Notes: generated from the letters alone by a model not told the origin. Counted from the stretch's first letter, positions 1-12,349 are shown. The stretch is DNA of 64,000 nt from Phoronis australis (GCA_002633005.1 NMRA01000020.1:1211650-1275649), one strand, 5' to 3'. Translations and numbers: made by a program.

Positions 1-152
1 GGTGTTTCTTCGGGTGCGAATCGTGAGTGGCGCGTTCATTTAAATTTTTTTCGAGTACGGATTGTGTATTAGTTATGGGGTAGGCACTTCTTTGATCCTT
101 ATAACATCTTCTAACCATGTAATAAAGGTTAACAACGCGTGGGAGAAGGACT
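1..152. mobile_element. Right end of a TTAA-flanked (Kolobok-like) DNA element, family A
   Basis: Ends in GAGAAGGACT followed by TTAA (153-156). The sequence 1-156 recurs nearly identically at ~34951-35107. Its reverse complement matches TTAA-AGTACTTCTCTCA at 32470. Confidence 0.6.
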
Positions 153-222
153 TTAAAGAGTTGTATTAACATTCAAGTCTCTAAAACTGTCGAATTTATT
201 TAACCCTAAGGACAAAATTTCT

Positions 223-534
223 ATGGGTCTACGGTCTAAGGTAGTATACAAATTTATCTCTGCTGGATGTGGCTCCAGTTATATGGGCGAAACTGTTCGC
301 TATTTGAAAACCAGGACCAAGGAACATCTAAATTCTGACAGAAATTCACATGTAAATATGCACCTACAGAGCTCCAATCATTGTTATCAGCAGTGCTCTT
401 TCAGTGACTTTGCAGTAATAGTCCAGGCAGTAACAACAAAGGAGCTTAAAATTCGTGAGGCTTTACACATCAGTTGGTGCAAGCCCAATCTCAATAGGCA
501 ACTGACACACCACAGGTTGCCATTGTTGGTCTAG
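223..534 (+). CDS. GIY-YIG endonuclease domain, C-terminal remnant of a Penelope-like polyprotein
   Basis: Motifs VVY/YMG(E)T, R..EH, REAL.I and P.LN in the translation. 5'-truncated. Confidence 0.7.
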   Translation: MGLRSKVVYKFISAGCGSSYMGETVRYLKTRTKEHLNSDRNSHVNMHLQSSNHCYQQCSFSDFAVIVQAVTTKELKIREALHISWCKPNLNRQLTHHRLPLLV

Positions 535-619
535 TTCATTGTCACTCCCTGTAACTGACTGTGTCTGAGTGTGCTTCATTACTTGTTGCTAGGCCTAGCT
601 AGGTGGCCACTGTATTCTC

Positions 620-665
620 ACTTCTGAAGATGGTGTTGAATAAATGACACCGAAACATGTCAAGT
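620..665 (+). ncRNA. Minimal type I hammerhead ribozyme associated with the PLE 3' region
   Basis: ACTT-CTGAAGA-T-GGTGTT(gaataaat)GACACC-GAAAC-AT-GTC-AAGT. Contains the CUGANGA and GAAA cores, helix II, a palindromic ACATGT in place of helix III, a GUC cleavage triplet, and helix I ACTT/AAGT. Confidence 0.7.
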
Positions 666-1806
666 CTTAAAACCGTTGTTGTTTTCTTTAATATATGCTG
701 CTACTTGCTATCATGGAAATCTTTAATAACGTTTGGTGAAAAATTTGTAACGCAAATAATGAAAAATCCCGGTTTAGTCGAGGAGTCTGATTGCTGACAC
801 TGTGAAAATAATTCTAAAATTTCAGGGTGCCGCCAAGGATGTGGATATTGGTGACCCTGCACCGAGCTCCTCTACACAGCCTTCGGAATTTGACTCTGGG
901 AAAATCAAAGTCTTCTAGATACTGGTGCTATGGACTTCTTAAAAGGTATGTACCTGATTGTGCAGCACTCTGAGACTGATTTTGCACAGTTTGATAGGGT
1001 ACAATTCTCTAATGTGTTGGCCAATGGGTATGCTAATTTCGTTCAGGTATTAAGCACCCAAAGGATAAACCATGCAGTATTGCACTGTTCATCTCCACTG
1101 GCTTTTGGAATAGCTAGTCTAATTTGGACTAATCTACATACGTTTTTGGTTGGGATGAAGCTAGTAAAAATCCATGATCACAGTTCTGCCTCTTGGTAAA
1201 CTGAGTCACCACAAAACAGCCTGCCAACAATAATGCGTTAAGTGAGTGTTTGTTACAGGATGTTGGTGTCCAAATAAAAATAAGCAAGCGGGTTTGTATT
1301 TGTGAAAATGTACAGGTTCAAATTTTTCTTCAAAGCATTCATGATTCTGATTATTTTTTCATACATACTTTCTCATGGAAATCAAAATGTATCTGAAGTG
1401 TCATCAGTAGAGAATACACTTTCCACAGGAGACGCAGCTTCTCTATCAGGTAAAGTTTAAATCATGGAATGAAAATTAGTTGTGCATTTTGGCAGTTAAG
1501 TTCATTCTGAACTAAAGTCTGAGGCAGGAAAAAGTAAAAAGAATGTAGTTATTGAATTTTCCAAAAAGTAGATTATGATTGAATGTGTATGTAGCATAGG
1601 AATACATTACAATTTTATGAAAGCCCGTGAGAATCAATGATAATCTAACTAATTAAGATGATATTGATATTAATGAAACAATGCACTTATGAGAATACAA
1701 TGATATTGCATTGAGAATCGTATTTGCGAATCTTATTTGCATAGCATTCCAAGTCAGTGAGAATTCGTCAAGAGAATCTCACTGGGTGAGAATTTTGAAC
1801 TTAGAG

Positions 1807-1940
1807 TATTTTCAGTGCATTTTATGTCAAGTGACTGAATTAGACGAGAGTTTAAAGCTTTATTGATAACCAATATTTTCAGTGCATTTTATGTCAAGTG
1901 ACTGAATTAGATGAGAGTTTAAAGCTTTATTGATAACCAA
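1807..1940. repeat. Tandem duplication, 2 x 67 bp
   Basis: TATTTTCAGTGCATTTTATGTCAAG...TTGATAACCAA at 1807-1873 and 1874-1940, one mismatch seen. Confidence 0.9.
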
Positions 1941-2253
1941 AATGCTGCTTATTTTTGTGAGTTTGTCTTGAAAATTTGTCTATTTGTCTGAATATACAAT
2001 TTAATTGCAATTATGAACATGATGGTATCATGAGGAGTGGTTTACGATAGGACTAGGAGTGTTCACTCTGCCTTCTTGCCATTCGCCACTGTGGTTATCA
2101 GTCAAAAACTAACGCCCCGAGAGGCTAATAAGCAACATTAATTAAGTGGTGGAGTCTGAACCATGTAAACACAAATCATATCTTAATAATGTTCCACATA
2201 CAATAAAATTACTTTTTGAACACTACTAGATTTGTGGAATATACTAATCTTAA

Positions 2254-3952
2254 AGGAGAATGCCACCCGATTTGATTAGTCTTTTTTGCCGTCTTAATCG
2301 GTCTATATCCACATCGCCTCGCATACGGTCGACCTTACCTTGCCAAGAGGTGTCGCGTTAGCATGTGAAGAAGGTGAGAAACGACGCCAGCGACGTCAGT
2401 GGTTCATATGCAAAGTGAATGCCGCTATGTTGCGGTGCATCTTGAGTCCCGCTTGTCCGAACTAAGCAGCTGCAAGGAAAGCGGGTTTATCGTTTTTTTT
2501 ACTTCCTCGAGAGTCCAAAATGCTTAGGAAGTGGCTCATGGTAGTAAAGAACGAAATGTACGCTGTAAGTAGCAAGTATGATGCCGTGAAACATCTCCGT
2601 GTCTGTGGCTTGCAGACTTCAGTGCCTGACGCCATGCTGGCTTACAAAATGACTCCATACGTCCCGTTGTCTGAGCTTGTTCACGGCGCCTCTCTAGTAT
2701 TTCTTCATCACTGTATTCCTATTCGAATTGATTGCCTGTAAAACTTAACGATCCACCTGCGAAGTCGGGACTGATGAGCTCTAGCTCGTCCTAAGTCGGG
2801 ATTGCGAGTTGCCGTGTTGGCGTTTATTAATGAGCGATCTATTCTCACCCTAACCAATATAAAACTGAAACAAAGTCTGTCTCATTAAATGCAATTTGTA
2901 ATGCCTTTGGAGTGTTCGTGAGTGCAAATGATTTGAGAAGCCAGCAACGAAGAAATCACCGCGTTACGGCTTTAGGTGCAACAAAACTATAATTGACGGG
3001 ACACCGAGGCCGTGTGAGCTCATGCTAATTCATTGTTTGGTGGCAGAAACTGTCGGAAACAACTCGATTTCCATCCCACTGTCAGGTGTTAGGGGAATCT
3101 TTATTTACATTTACATTACTCAAATAATGATTGTCAATGTACAACTTCTGAACTGACGGTGCTGTGGCCAAAGCGGAACCTGAATTCGCGGCCCCCGACG
3201 AGTAATTAGATTTACAGTTTCGTGGCTAATTCACCAACATAATCACGAGCACATTACTTTGGCTCACAACTATAGTATTTTCTTGACTCAGCTGGAGAAG
3301 CCCAGTGGTTTATGCCGTTATCTGACATAAACTGCCTCGTTGATCTGCTCGTGTGCTTTGGATCATTGTTTTGATAGAGACGATGTGTCGCTGGGAAAAC
3401 TGATCTTTGGAAAGGCAAAAATGTTTTCCTTAAAATGCTCTGATAAAAGAGAGAATCCATTTTGCCCTCAAAGATGNTGTGTTTAGAACTCAAAAAATCA
3501 CAAGTCTAAACAACACAGATCTAGGTTCTCCTGTCTGCATCTCACGGAAAATACTTCAAAATTATCTCGATCAGACCCCAAACTCCTGCTACGGACCTTA
3601 TTGGCCTGCCGAACTTTGTAGGCTACGGTGTGTCCAAATACCAATATATCCGTAAGAGAGAAACAAAACAACACGTTTTTTGTAAGAACTCGGTGTATTT
3701 TCAAGGGTTTTACATCGAAGTTTGATGATTTATTGGTGTTAAACGATGACTTCAAGCGATAAGCTGACACCAGTAACCCGTGTTGTGAACTGCTGAAAAG
3801 ACTACGTGTGAAACCGATGACGTCATTGGATAATTTCAACACCTCCGTCTGCCGTCAGGTGTCAGGTAACGCAACCGTACGTGTCGTTATGGAGTAGAAC
3901 TACTCGATCTAAATTGATACAAATTAGGTTGCTTTTTAGGTGGCATGCTCCT
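2254..3952. mobile_element. Non-autonomous TTAA-flanked DNA transposon (Kolobok-like), family B copy 1
   Basis: TTAA|AGGAGAATGCCACC ... GGTGGCATGCTCCT|TTAA terminal inverted repeats. A homologous copy lies at 55211-56407. Confidence 0.85.
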
Positions 3953-5466
3953 TTAAGCTTATTAACACACAGCTTCAGTCCTGGATCCCCTCTGGTTAAC
4001 TTGCAGACAAACTGTTCAGCAATTTCACAATATATGTGAAAAGTGTCATCAATCTTCCAGCTATTTCTCTAATTGATGTGTACTGTTCCTGGTGCCATTT
4101 TATTTTGAATTCAGAAATCTGGTCTACTCAAATTTCCACAGGAACAGCCAATGAGCAGCGTTTGTTTATCCTAAATTCTCATTCAATTCTCATTCAGAAA
4201 ATTTCCAAGTCTGAAATTCTCCCTGCATTCTCATTTGCAATTTGTCACTGATTTTCCACTTTTCTCCCACTACCCGCCATTCGACTCCTCCACATGCTCA
4301 CTGCAATATAACTTGCATGTCTCACTCGAATGGTTGTTTTAGTAAGAATCTCACTGGAATCTCTTTGGAGTCCAGTGAAATTCGCCCTTTCCTTTTGATA
4401 AGGATAATATAAACAATTCATTAGTTCTATGTGAGTAATCGAGATGCACACCCATACCAGACAGACTTTCTTTTGCTTGATGTGTTTTCAGTTAAGTTAA
4501 TGATTTAGTTTGATGTAATTATATTACATCAGAGGTTGGTAGAACTGGTAATGAGGAGCTTACTGGCGGTGAAGCTTGGGAGGCTTGTGTGACAGAAGCA
4601 AGTTTGGTCGATCGGGAAGCAGATGTGACTAATGTCAGTGGCGTGTATGCCATAAACGGAAGATGTGATGGTTGGCTGGCACTCCCCGCAGCAGTCCTTT
4701 GAAATGCAGCAAGTCGTGCAGACGCCTGAGTCTACAGTCAGCACTAGTGAGTATAGTTGTATAGTTGTTCTATAACTTTCTAGGAATATCGATTCAGGAT
4801 TAATTATCATTTGAGGTGGAAGTTTTCTGTTGGCTTTTTCTGATGATTGAAATTAATTGTTATGGACCCAAATAACAGTTTTTCAGATGGTTTTCAACAA
4901 TCAGACCTCGGCACTTTTCTCTTTTATGAAGTTCAAATTTATTTTTTGAGATTCATCGATTCCTTCTTATTAAAACCTAGGGTAAGAATTTAAAGGAATG
5001 TTTAAATCCTATGAACGTAAGGACTTATACATGATATTGGGAGACAAGTTGCTAATTTTTTCTCTTTTTAAAAAAATGGCTGTCTATGAAAATAACTTAC
5101 TGATATTTTGTGGTCACAAATGTTCTGGGAGGTTGTTGAATGAATGTCTGTGATATACAATGATAATAAATATAAACACTATCAAATGTTGTAACTTTGA
5201 CCAGAGAATGGTGACTCCCAGAACTATCTATTTAATAGAATGTACATTTTCTGATTTCCTAATTCCCAAAAAGCTCGTTTTGATTCACAGTAATGGTCAA
5301 AAAGTTACTTGAAAAAATCAACCTTCCGTAGGCAGTGACATTAAACTGCCTATTGTAGACCTTAGTTATCAGTTATAACCGAAAAGTCATCCTCCTGTCA
5401 ACTGTTCTGAACATCCAGGTTTACAAATGATTTGTAGTAGCATCTGACAATTTGGTTTTATTTTAG

Positions 5467-6075
5467 GACAGCTACGCTCACCAGCAAGCATGTCAGTAGC
5501 CATGCATGACCCAGCAAGGAGTGCACTTCTTAGGTCCCCTGCTGTGCATGCATCACAATGGAATTCAATGCACCAATTCAACAAGTTAGTGCAGTCCGTT
5601 GAGGTATTGGCAAAACGACTTGCAGTACTGGAAAGCAAAAAGGCCAACAAAAATAACGATTCATGATCCAAAGATATCGAAACTGAAGTTATCGGAAATC
5701 GAGAATGTGGTTATCTCTGAACGTTAGAAAGTGAGCTGCGACCATTGTCATCTGTGGCACCCTTTCTACCTAAACAAAGGGTGGTGGAAATTGTTAATGT
5801 TTCTTCGTCACCTGAGTCAGATGCGAAATCAGTGATGTTTTGAATTTTAACCGTCGGAGAAGCTAATAATAGGAATGTAAATGGAGTAAAATATTCCAAA
5901 TCTGGTACAAAAGGAAGACTTAACAAGGACAAATCAAATTTGTTTTGGACAGTGTGATGACACTGTCAGAGTATTCAAGATTCTTCAACACTCCAGATCA
6001 GAAGTTACCCTCCAAATTGGTAAAGGCAATCGACAGTGGGATCATAAAACTGTTTTATAAGTTGTCTGAAAGAGT
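5467..6075 (+). pseudogene. Degenerate exon encoding a coiled coil plus BEN-domain-like region
   Basis: Acceptor TTTTATTTTAG at 5466. Translation FNKLVQSVEVLAKRLAVLESKK...AKSVMF*ILTVGEANNRNVNG...KGRLNKDK/IKFVLDSV...KLVKAIDSGI resembles the BEN pattern (F..EE..RNV.G..K..L..K.I....AID). It has 3 stops and a frameshift. Possible upstream exon relics at ~826-945 and ~4533-4747. Confidence 0.5.
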
Positions 6076-7827
6076 GATTCTCCCACGCCCTATTTTATGA
6101 AAGGTGACTTAACACTCTACAAACATTCAGCCTCATGCTACACACCTTGACATGTGAGTGGCTTCTAGGTTGATTGACATTTGTCTGTATGTGTGCAAGA
6201 TGAAGAAAATCACTTTTTATTGTATAATATATGTACCTTTCATGATTTACATCTTGTGTTCTTTTCGACTTACTATCATGGCTAAATTTTGAAAATCCTA
6301 TTTCAAGAATAACTGATTTGATTCAATGGAAACTATTAGGTATCATAATTCATGCAGAATTCTCAAAAACAGTGTTCGAAATTAGTTTCAAAGCATAAAA
6401 CGAAAATGAGCAATGAGAGAAAAATCGAAAGCACTTCTGAGAATTCATCATTAACATTAATTCAACCAAAATTTAGTCATTGTATTGATACCAGTATTTT
6501 GCTATGAGCGTACCTTTCCTTTTTACTACTAAAATGCTTGGTCACGTGGTATGAATTTTAAAATCTAATTCTGCATAGCTATTTCTACTTTCAGCGAATA
6601 TATACTTTTAATGAGCTAAAATCTATATTCTATAGATATTTGGTAAATGCATAGGTTGGTCTATAAGATAAGGACACGTCCTATAATTCAAATAAGCCAG
6701 CAGTTTTTACTATGCTCGTAGTGTTTGACAGTTTTGAATAAACCATCAGTGTTATTATAGAGGGAGTTGAAGGCTGCATGAACCACATCTTATATATATT
6801 GAGCAGTAAGAGACAGATACATTTGATCATTCTGTTGCCACCAGAACATTCACAATCTCAACAAATGTTCAACTTAAATTTGAATATTTTTCAAAGAATT
6901 ATCCACTTCAACAATCATTTTCTCACCAGAAGATAATGCAGACTCAAATACAACACACAACCGATTTTGTATACTTGCACTAACTCCTATAGAAAAGTTA
7001 TGCTCAATTACAATGGCATCAATAAAACAGGCAATGTAATGTTAACAGTGCTGGTTATGTGACCTTACTCAGAAACAAGCTTAAACACAATTCGTTACAC
7101 AGCTTTAATGTTTAAACAATACAACATGTCTATGATATAACGTATCTGTGAATGCAATTGCAAAATTGATAAAACAGGTAAAATAGCCATTTGATATCAA
7201 TATTACTGTAATGCCAACATTTCAAGCACTTCCATTCCCAGGCTTTCCCTTCTGTATCAATTTGATTTCAGACATAAGTTTCTTATATGCTTATTTCTGT
7301 TAATAGCTAAACAATAAGGGATTTGTTTCATGACTGTGTGCTGTGACATTAAAAATATCTGACGAACTTACTGAACTGCAGCAGTTATCGCAAAAAGTGA
7401 ACAATATTTCTTCTCTTCGAAAATCGACTAAATTTTGAGGAAATACTTTCGGCTAATTTTTAAATAATTTAGTACTATCTTTCAGCTGCTTTACTCCTGG
7501 ATTTTGAGTGCAATTTCAATGAAGCCTGACGAATTTCGACGAAAATTTAAACCATTCACTTTTTTAAACTACTGTGTTTAGCAACATAAAAATGTTTCTT
7601 GATGTTACCCTCATGAAACGATTATGTATCTGTAACTGATATCGGAAAACAGTTTTCCTACACGAGATTTAGAAATGGCATTGCTGTGACTTATACCAAC
7701 GCATTTTCTCCAAATTACATCTTACTGTAATATACAAAATTTCCAGAAGGCAACACAGTAAAACAAAAATAAGCCAAATGTACAGAGATCACTATGGCCC
7801 GGGAATCCAGAAAATGTGATTTCAGTA

Positions 7828-8230
7828 CCCGGTTGCATGAAACAGCCCAAAATAGGGACTCAACTAAGTTCCCTACATTGCTTGCGTTTTTGTTTCATTT
7901 GTTTACTCACAGGCGGAAGATTTTTTCTATCATGTTATCTTTATTATAAACTCTCCTTTGACTAATTACATTTCAAATAATATTACTGAAATCTGAGCAC
8001 TTAATTCAGTTAAACTATTTAGGGACTTAGTCCTTAAATTGGGAGTGCTGCGTGAAAGAATTTCTACTTATTTTCAATAATGTTGAGAATTCAAAGTAGA
8101 GTTTACTTTTGTACCAAAGTCCAAAAATGAATTAGTAATGAGACTCATAACAGCATAAGAAATGACAATCAGCGTTTTCACAAGCCCACAAATACGCAGT
8201 AGATTTAGGGAACTTAGTTGAGCCCCTACT
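7828..8230. repeat. Inverted-repeat structure immediately 3' of the transposase stop (possible TE terminus)
   Basis: AGGGACTCAACTAAGTTCCCTA (~7853) is inverted as TAGGGAACTTAGTTGAGCCCCT (~8205). Internal palindrome TTAGGGACTTAGTCCTTAA (~8019). Begins TA|CCCGGTTGCATGAAAC. Confidence 0.5.
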
Positions 8231-8240
8231 TGACTCCGCT

Positions 8241-8690
8241 TTAGAAACCAGAAGAATTCCCTTTGTTGGCGATGACCTGTGGCAGAACCTTGTAGATATG
8301 GTTAATGTAACGGTTACACTTTTCAGGTGTAACCGTTGCCCAAAAATTCTTTATTCCACTCACCAACTCTGCCTTTGTAGTTGGCTGAGCATGCTTCCAA
8401 ATGTAGGCTTTCAGCTCATGCCATAAATTCTCTATGGGATTTAGGTCTGGCGACTCAGCTGGAGAAGCCCAGTGGTTTATGCCGTTATCTGACATAAACT
8501 GCCTCGTTGATCTGCTCGTGTGCTTTGGATCATTGTTTTGATAGAGACGATGTGTCGCTGGGAAAACTGATCTTTGGAAAGGCAAAAATGTTTTCCTTAA
8601 AATGCTCTGATAAAAGAGAGAATCCATTTTGCCCTCAAAGATGTGGATCCTAGTGGCACCTCTCCTGGAAATTCCAGCCCAAACATGCAA
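8241..8690 (-). CDS. Tc1-like transposase gene, exon 5 of 5 (DDE domain C-terminal half, stop)
   Basis: Acceptor CTTATTTCAG. LHVWAGIS...YQNNDPKH...SPDLNPIENLW. There are 34 residues between the second triad position (here N) and E. Ends in TAA. Confidence 0.92.
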   Translation of the reverse strand: MHVWAGISRRGATRIHIFEGKMDSLFYQSILRKTFLPFQRSVFPATHRLYQNNDPKHTSRSTRQFMSDNGINHWASPAESPDLNPIENLWHELKAYIWKHAQPTTKAELVSGIKNFWATVTPEKCNRYINHIYKVLPQVIANKGNSSGF

Positions 8691-9185
8691 CTGAAATAAG
8701 AAGTTGAGTGTGAAATTGCGAAATTAAACGAGAATGAAAAGAATTATTACATGGCAACTGATACTTCTGTCCTACAGGTGGCTAAAACAAAATATACATA
8801 TGAACTTCTTATAACAATAGACCAATAGCTGTAAAATGCACAGTTATGAACTGACACATACAAGGTAGTTATTCCACAACGCACTTAACCTGTTTTTACA
8901 GATCTTTGTTCATACTTATCTGACAGAAAGAGTTGAGAGGGGTAATCCGTCCACATATCAAACTTCAAGTCAACTTTTTTATTGTTCGCACACCCTTCAG
9001 AAATTCAACTGCATATTCCAACCTCTAAACCTATGATTGATACCAATATCAATCTTTGGAAATTTATGTCACTTCATTTAGAAATCATTGAAACTTGGCA
9101 TGGAAAGCTTTGACTCAAAAGTTCACAAAAGACACTGATTAATGTGGCATGGGGGTGCTGAAAACAAGAGCTAGAGATATCTCAC

Positions 9186-9362
9186 CTTCAATGGGTGCTT
9201 GAAAAGCCCCGTCTGTTGTTCAGGCTTTCCCTTTTCTTGAAAATATTTACTAGTTGTCCGTTCCATTTTAATGGATGATTCATCAGTGAAAATGACATCA
9301 TCGAACGTTTCCTTTGTCGCAATGCACCTCACGGCATAAACAACCCGAGGTGGTCTGTTCTT
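9186..9362 (-). CDS. Tc1-like transposase gene, exon 4 of 5 (first catalytic Asp)
   Basis: TTTTACAG|...|GTGAG, 177 nt, phase 0-0. KNRPPRVVYAVRCIATKETFDDVIFTDESSIKME...KHPLK contains the VIFTDES motif. Confidence 0.9.
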
Positions 9363-10149
9363 CTGTAAAAGAAATTAAGAAAAGTAATGTAAAAACTGTG
9401 CTCACAAAGCAACAAAACTAGAGGATGAATGTTGATAAAACACGACTGCTACAGAATAAAAAGCAGACGGAACAAACTATATGCAGTAAAGGAAAAGTGA
9501 CTTTAAATAAACCCACTCTTTCTGTCTCAGCGAGTTCCACGGGCACGTTATATGGAATTATAGTTGTGACCATTATTAAGAAAGCATTTAGTGGCGGTAG
9601 TCTGTTGCATGGACGCAGAATTGGAACGTTGATAAATATTGATTCGAAACTATGTATCTTTCATGAAAAAAGAGGAAGTAAAACGTCAATTGTGTGTCAT
9701 ATTGGGATTACACTGGTACAATTGTGCTGTAGCTTACTTTTAGCTGCGTTTACTTGGTTTTACACCCTCCATCTGTTCCATGGGTGCCAATTTGTTTGAA
9801 GGTGCATGCTGTGTCCACATATTGCTTATATGCAAATTTACAAAATACTACTAATTGCACAATCCTATCAAACTCTGTTTCGCTGAGAAATGTTGCTTGA
9901 ATTAATAATGGCAATGAGCGTTCATTGTAGCAAGAGAAATAAAGTCGTATCATGGTATGGACAAATTTGCTATACCAATTTCCTTTTGAAAATGGCCTTG
10001 CTTTGAGTTTGGTACAATGGCTTGTAGTTATAAATTTATTTTATAGATAGTTGTTAATTCGTCTTATCCTACAGATTTTTATCTATTAATCACATAGTAT
10101 ATTTTGTCAGTGAGAAGAATAGTGGGATCTAAAACTGTACAGAAGTGCT

Positions 10150-10365
10150 TAAAAAAGTGGGCAAGAAAAGGTCCGCTTCAAAGAAACATAAAGTCCGAGA
10201 AAGCGAGAGAAAAGTCCACTAAGGTAGGAATTCGGCGCATATATATATGCACAATTCATAGCCCTGAAAAACCCCGTATTCTGTCATTTTTTTTTCTTTA
10301 GTACAAGGTCCACATCCTCAAACATTCGAGCCCCCCTATGTTTTAGAGTGGGTGCGCGCATGCCG
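10150..10365 (+). repeat. Dispersed repeat family (diverged copies also at ~34000-34200, ~37460-37620 reversed, ~39020-39240)
   Basis: Shared blocks AAAGTCCACTAA, CATAGCYC, AGGTCCACAT..CAAAMATTCGAGSCCC and TGCGCGCATG. Confidence 0.6.
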
Positions 10366-10563
10366 TGTGTGTAGTATGCACGGGAAATGCAAGCAAAGAT
10401 TCGGTTTTGTAGAACAAAAATTCAATACGCAATAACCTCAAAACTTCAAGGAAGTGCAAAGAGAACTTTTCCAGTTTGATTCTTTTTCAATCTACAGTTT
10501 GTAAATTTAAATGCTGTGGACCATAAACAAGTAGGTCTCTTAGTATGAGATTAGTAGTTAAAT

Positions 10564-10630
10564 CGTGGTGGTGTAGTGGCAACGCACGTGCGCACTAATC
10601 GCTAGGTCGTGAGTTCGAGTCTTTGCTACT
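10564..10630 (+). mobile_element. tRNA-derived SINE head or tRNA pseudogene
   Basis: Pol III A box GGTGTAGTGG and B box GTTCGAGTC at tRNA-like spacing. No convincing acceptor stem. Confidence 0.5.
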
Positions 10631-12349
10631 TGCAGTTTTTCCTGTTTGACACGTTCTCCGTTTTTTTGCCTTTTTTCGTGAATAATACTTCAGGAATCAA
10701 GGAAAATGCTTGATTTTTAGAGGTAAAAACAGAAAAATTTCCCGGGCGGGAGAGGGGTTTGCCCCCTCCCGACCTCCCCCCCCATTCGGTGCTATGCGCA
10801 TCTACAATCGTGGTTCAGTTTACACAAATTCTTACAGCCGGACAAAATGTTGGGCCCCCCTTGTGATATCCTAGATCCGCCACTGTAATACAAAAAGGTC
10901 GGACACTCGATTTTTGTGTGAAGTGAAGCACTCATGGAATTACTAGATCCGAGTGTCATGCCTTGTGGTAGGCTTATTATTAAGAATGATCAGAAGTTGA
11001 GGATGCCTGTTATTTACAACAGGGGCNAATGAACAATTTATTGCCATTTGAATTGTGACAATATTTTGGGACAATTTGTAGAGCTGTCCGAAATTCATCA
11101 ATTTCCTTGAGACTTATTTCAGATAGATGAAACTCGTTTAGTGTACTTTTATATTTGGGGATCTGATGATAGATCGAATTTTTCCAATGTCGACTTGCAA
11201 CTAATTTCATTGAGGCATTGCCATTTCTTACAAGATTAGCTTCTACCTGTCAAAAAATCACCTCTCAATCAGTCCATTTTCACTAATACATAAACGTGTA
11301 AATCAGAAACCAATAATCAAATGCATGAGCAATGCGTTTACCTTAATTTAATGACTTAATTCCTTTTTGATCACCTGTTAGTGAGTTCAAACAACAGATC
11401 TTGTCAAAAAAGCAATGTATTACTGTCATTTGAATGGTGAGTAAATTTTTGGGAAGTGTCCAAATTTCATCAATGTCTTTGAGAGCTATTTTAGACAGGC
11501 AAAAAGCGTCAAAGTGCACTTCACTATTTGGAGATCGGATTATAGAGTTTTTCCATATTTAGGCTTCAACTTAATTCCCTTAATAGTAATCATTTCTTAA
11601 AAGATTAGCTTCTAGTTGCCAAAAATCATCTATTAACCTGTCGGTTTTCGTAGATACACAAACATGTCAATCAGAAACCAACGAATTTGTTGATAAAACG
11701 GAATGTTATAAGTATTTTACGCAGGCGTGCTCACAGATTTTTGACGGGTAACCGGGGGAAAATGGAAGATTGGGCATTCACAGTATTTTTGCTCATTTCC
11801 GAGGTACCTATAACGGTTCACGAGTTGAACTTGAGCTCAAAAAGCTGCATTATTTGTTTACTATTACGAGTATTTGAGTACACACGTAAGATATGTACAC
11901 GGTCACCCCAATGGTAGCAGCGACAGCAGTGTTTTTCACATGTGGGAAATGCTTACGAACAACTCACAGTAACCATTTTCAAAAGATATACTATTCTTGT
12001 GATACTAAGGGAAACAGTAACATTATTCTATAACTAACCATCGGAAATATTCCTTTTTTGTAATTCACAGATAGTGGTTTTCACGTTCTTCAAAATTCCA
12101 CCCTTTCGATGGTCAATTTCTTTTGTATTTTTTCACATTTTTGGTTGTTTGGGTAGAATGTCCTGATACTTCTGGGCTGTGCACGAATATTTAGTGTTTT
12201 TTGATGAATTTGGAATCTCAGCTTCCCTCGTGAACAGTTGGCAGTGTTGGATTTACATGTATAGAGGGACAAAGGGACTGTTCTCTGAACTGCTCCACCG
12301 AGAGGGGGTCCAGTCTGAAATGGGACACCTTAATTATGAAAAGCTAAAC

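Larger units (their letters stand above)
157..665 (+). mobile_element. 3' fragment of a Penelope-like retroelement (GIY-YIG endonuclease ORF plus 3' region)
   Basis: ORF 223-534 has VVYKF..C...YMGET.R.L.TR.KEH and LKIREALHI....PNLNRQ, the GIY-YIG pattern of PLEs. The frame extends upstream (VVLTFKSLKLSNLFNPKDK) to the TTAA insertion point. Confidence 0.8.

Noticed and set aside
2520-2741. Similar short ORF pairs (2520-2741 and 55484-55690; 3498-3842 and 56097-56297; 13697-13924 and 14716-14952)
   Set aside because: The similarity comes from repeat copies or TIRs. Frames are not conserved and there are no protein motifs.
2760-2810. CTGATGAG motif suggesting a second hammerhead
   Set aside because: No GAAA core after the hairpin, and the motif is not preserved in the sister copy at ~55720.
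10564-10630. Functional tRNA gene (also 53782-53857)
   Set aside because: The cloverleaf is incomplete; only Pol III boxes are retained, consistent with SINE heads.
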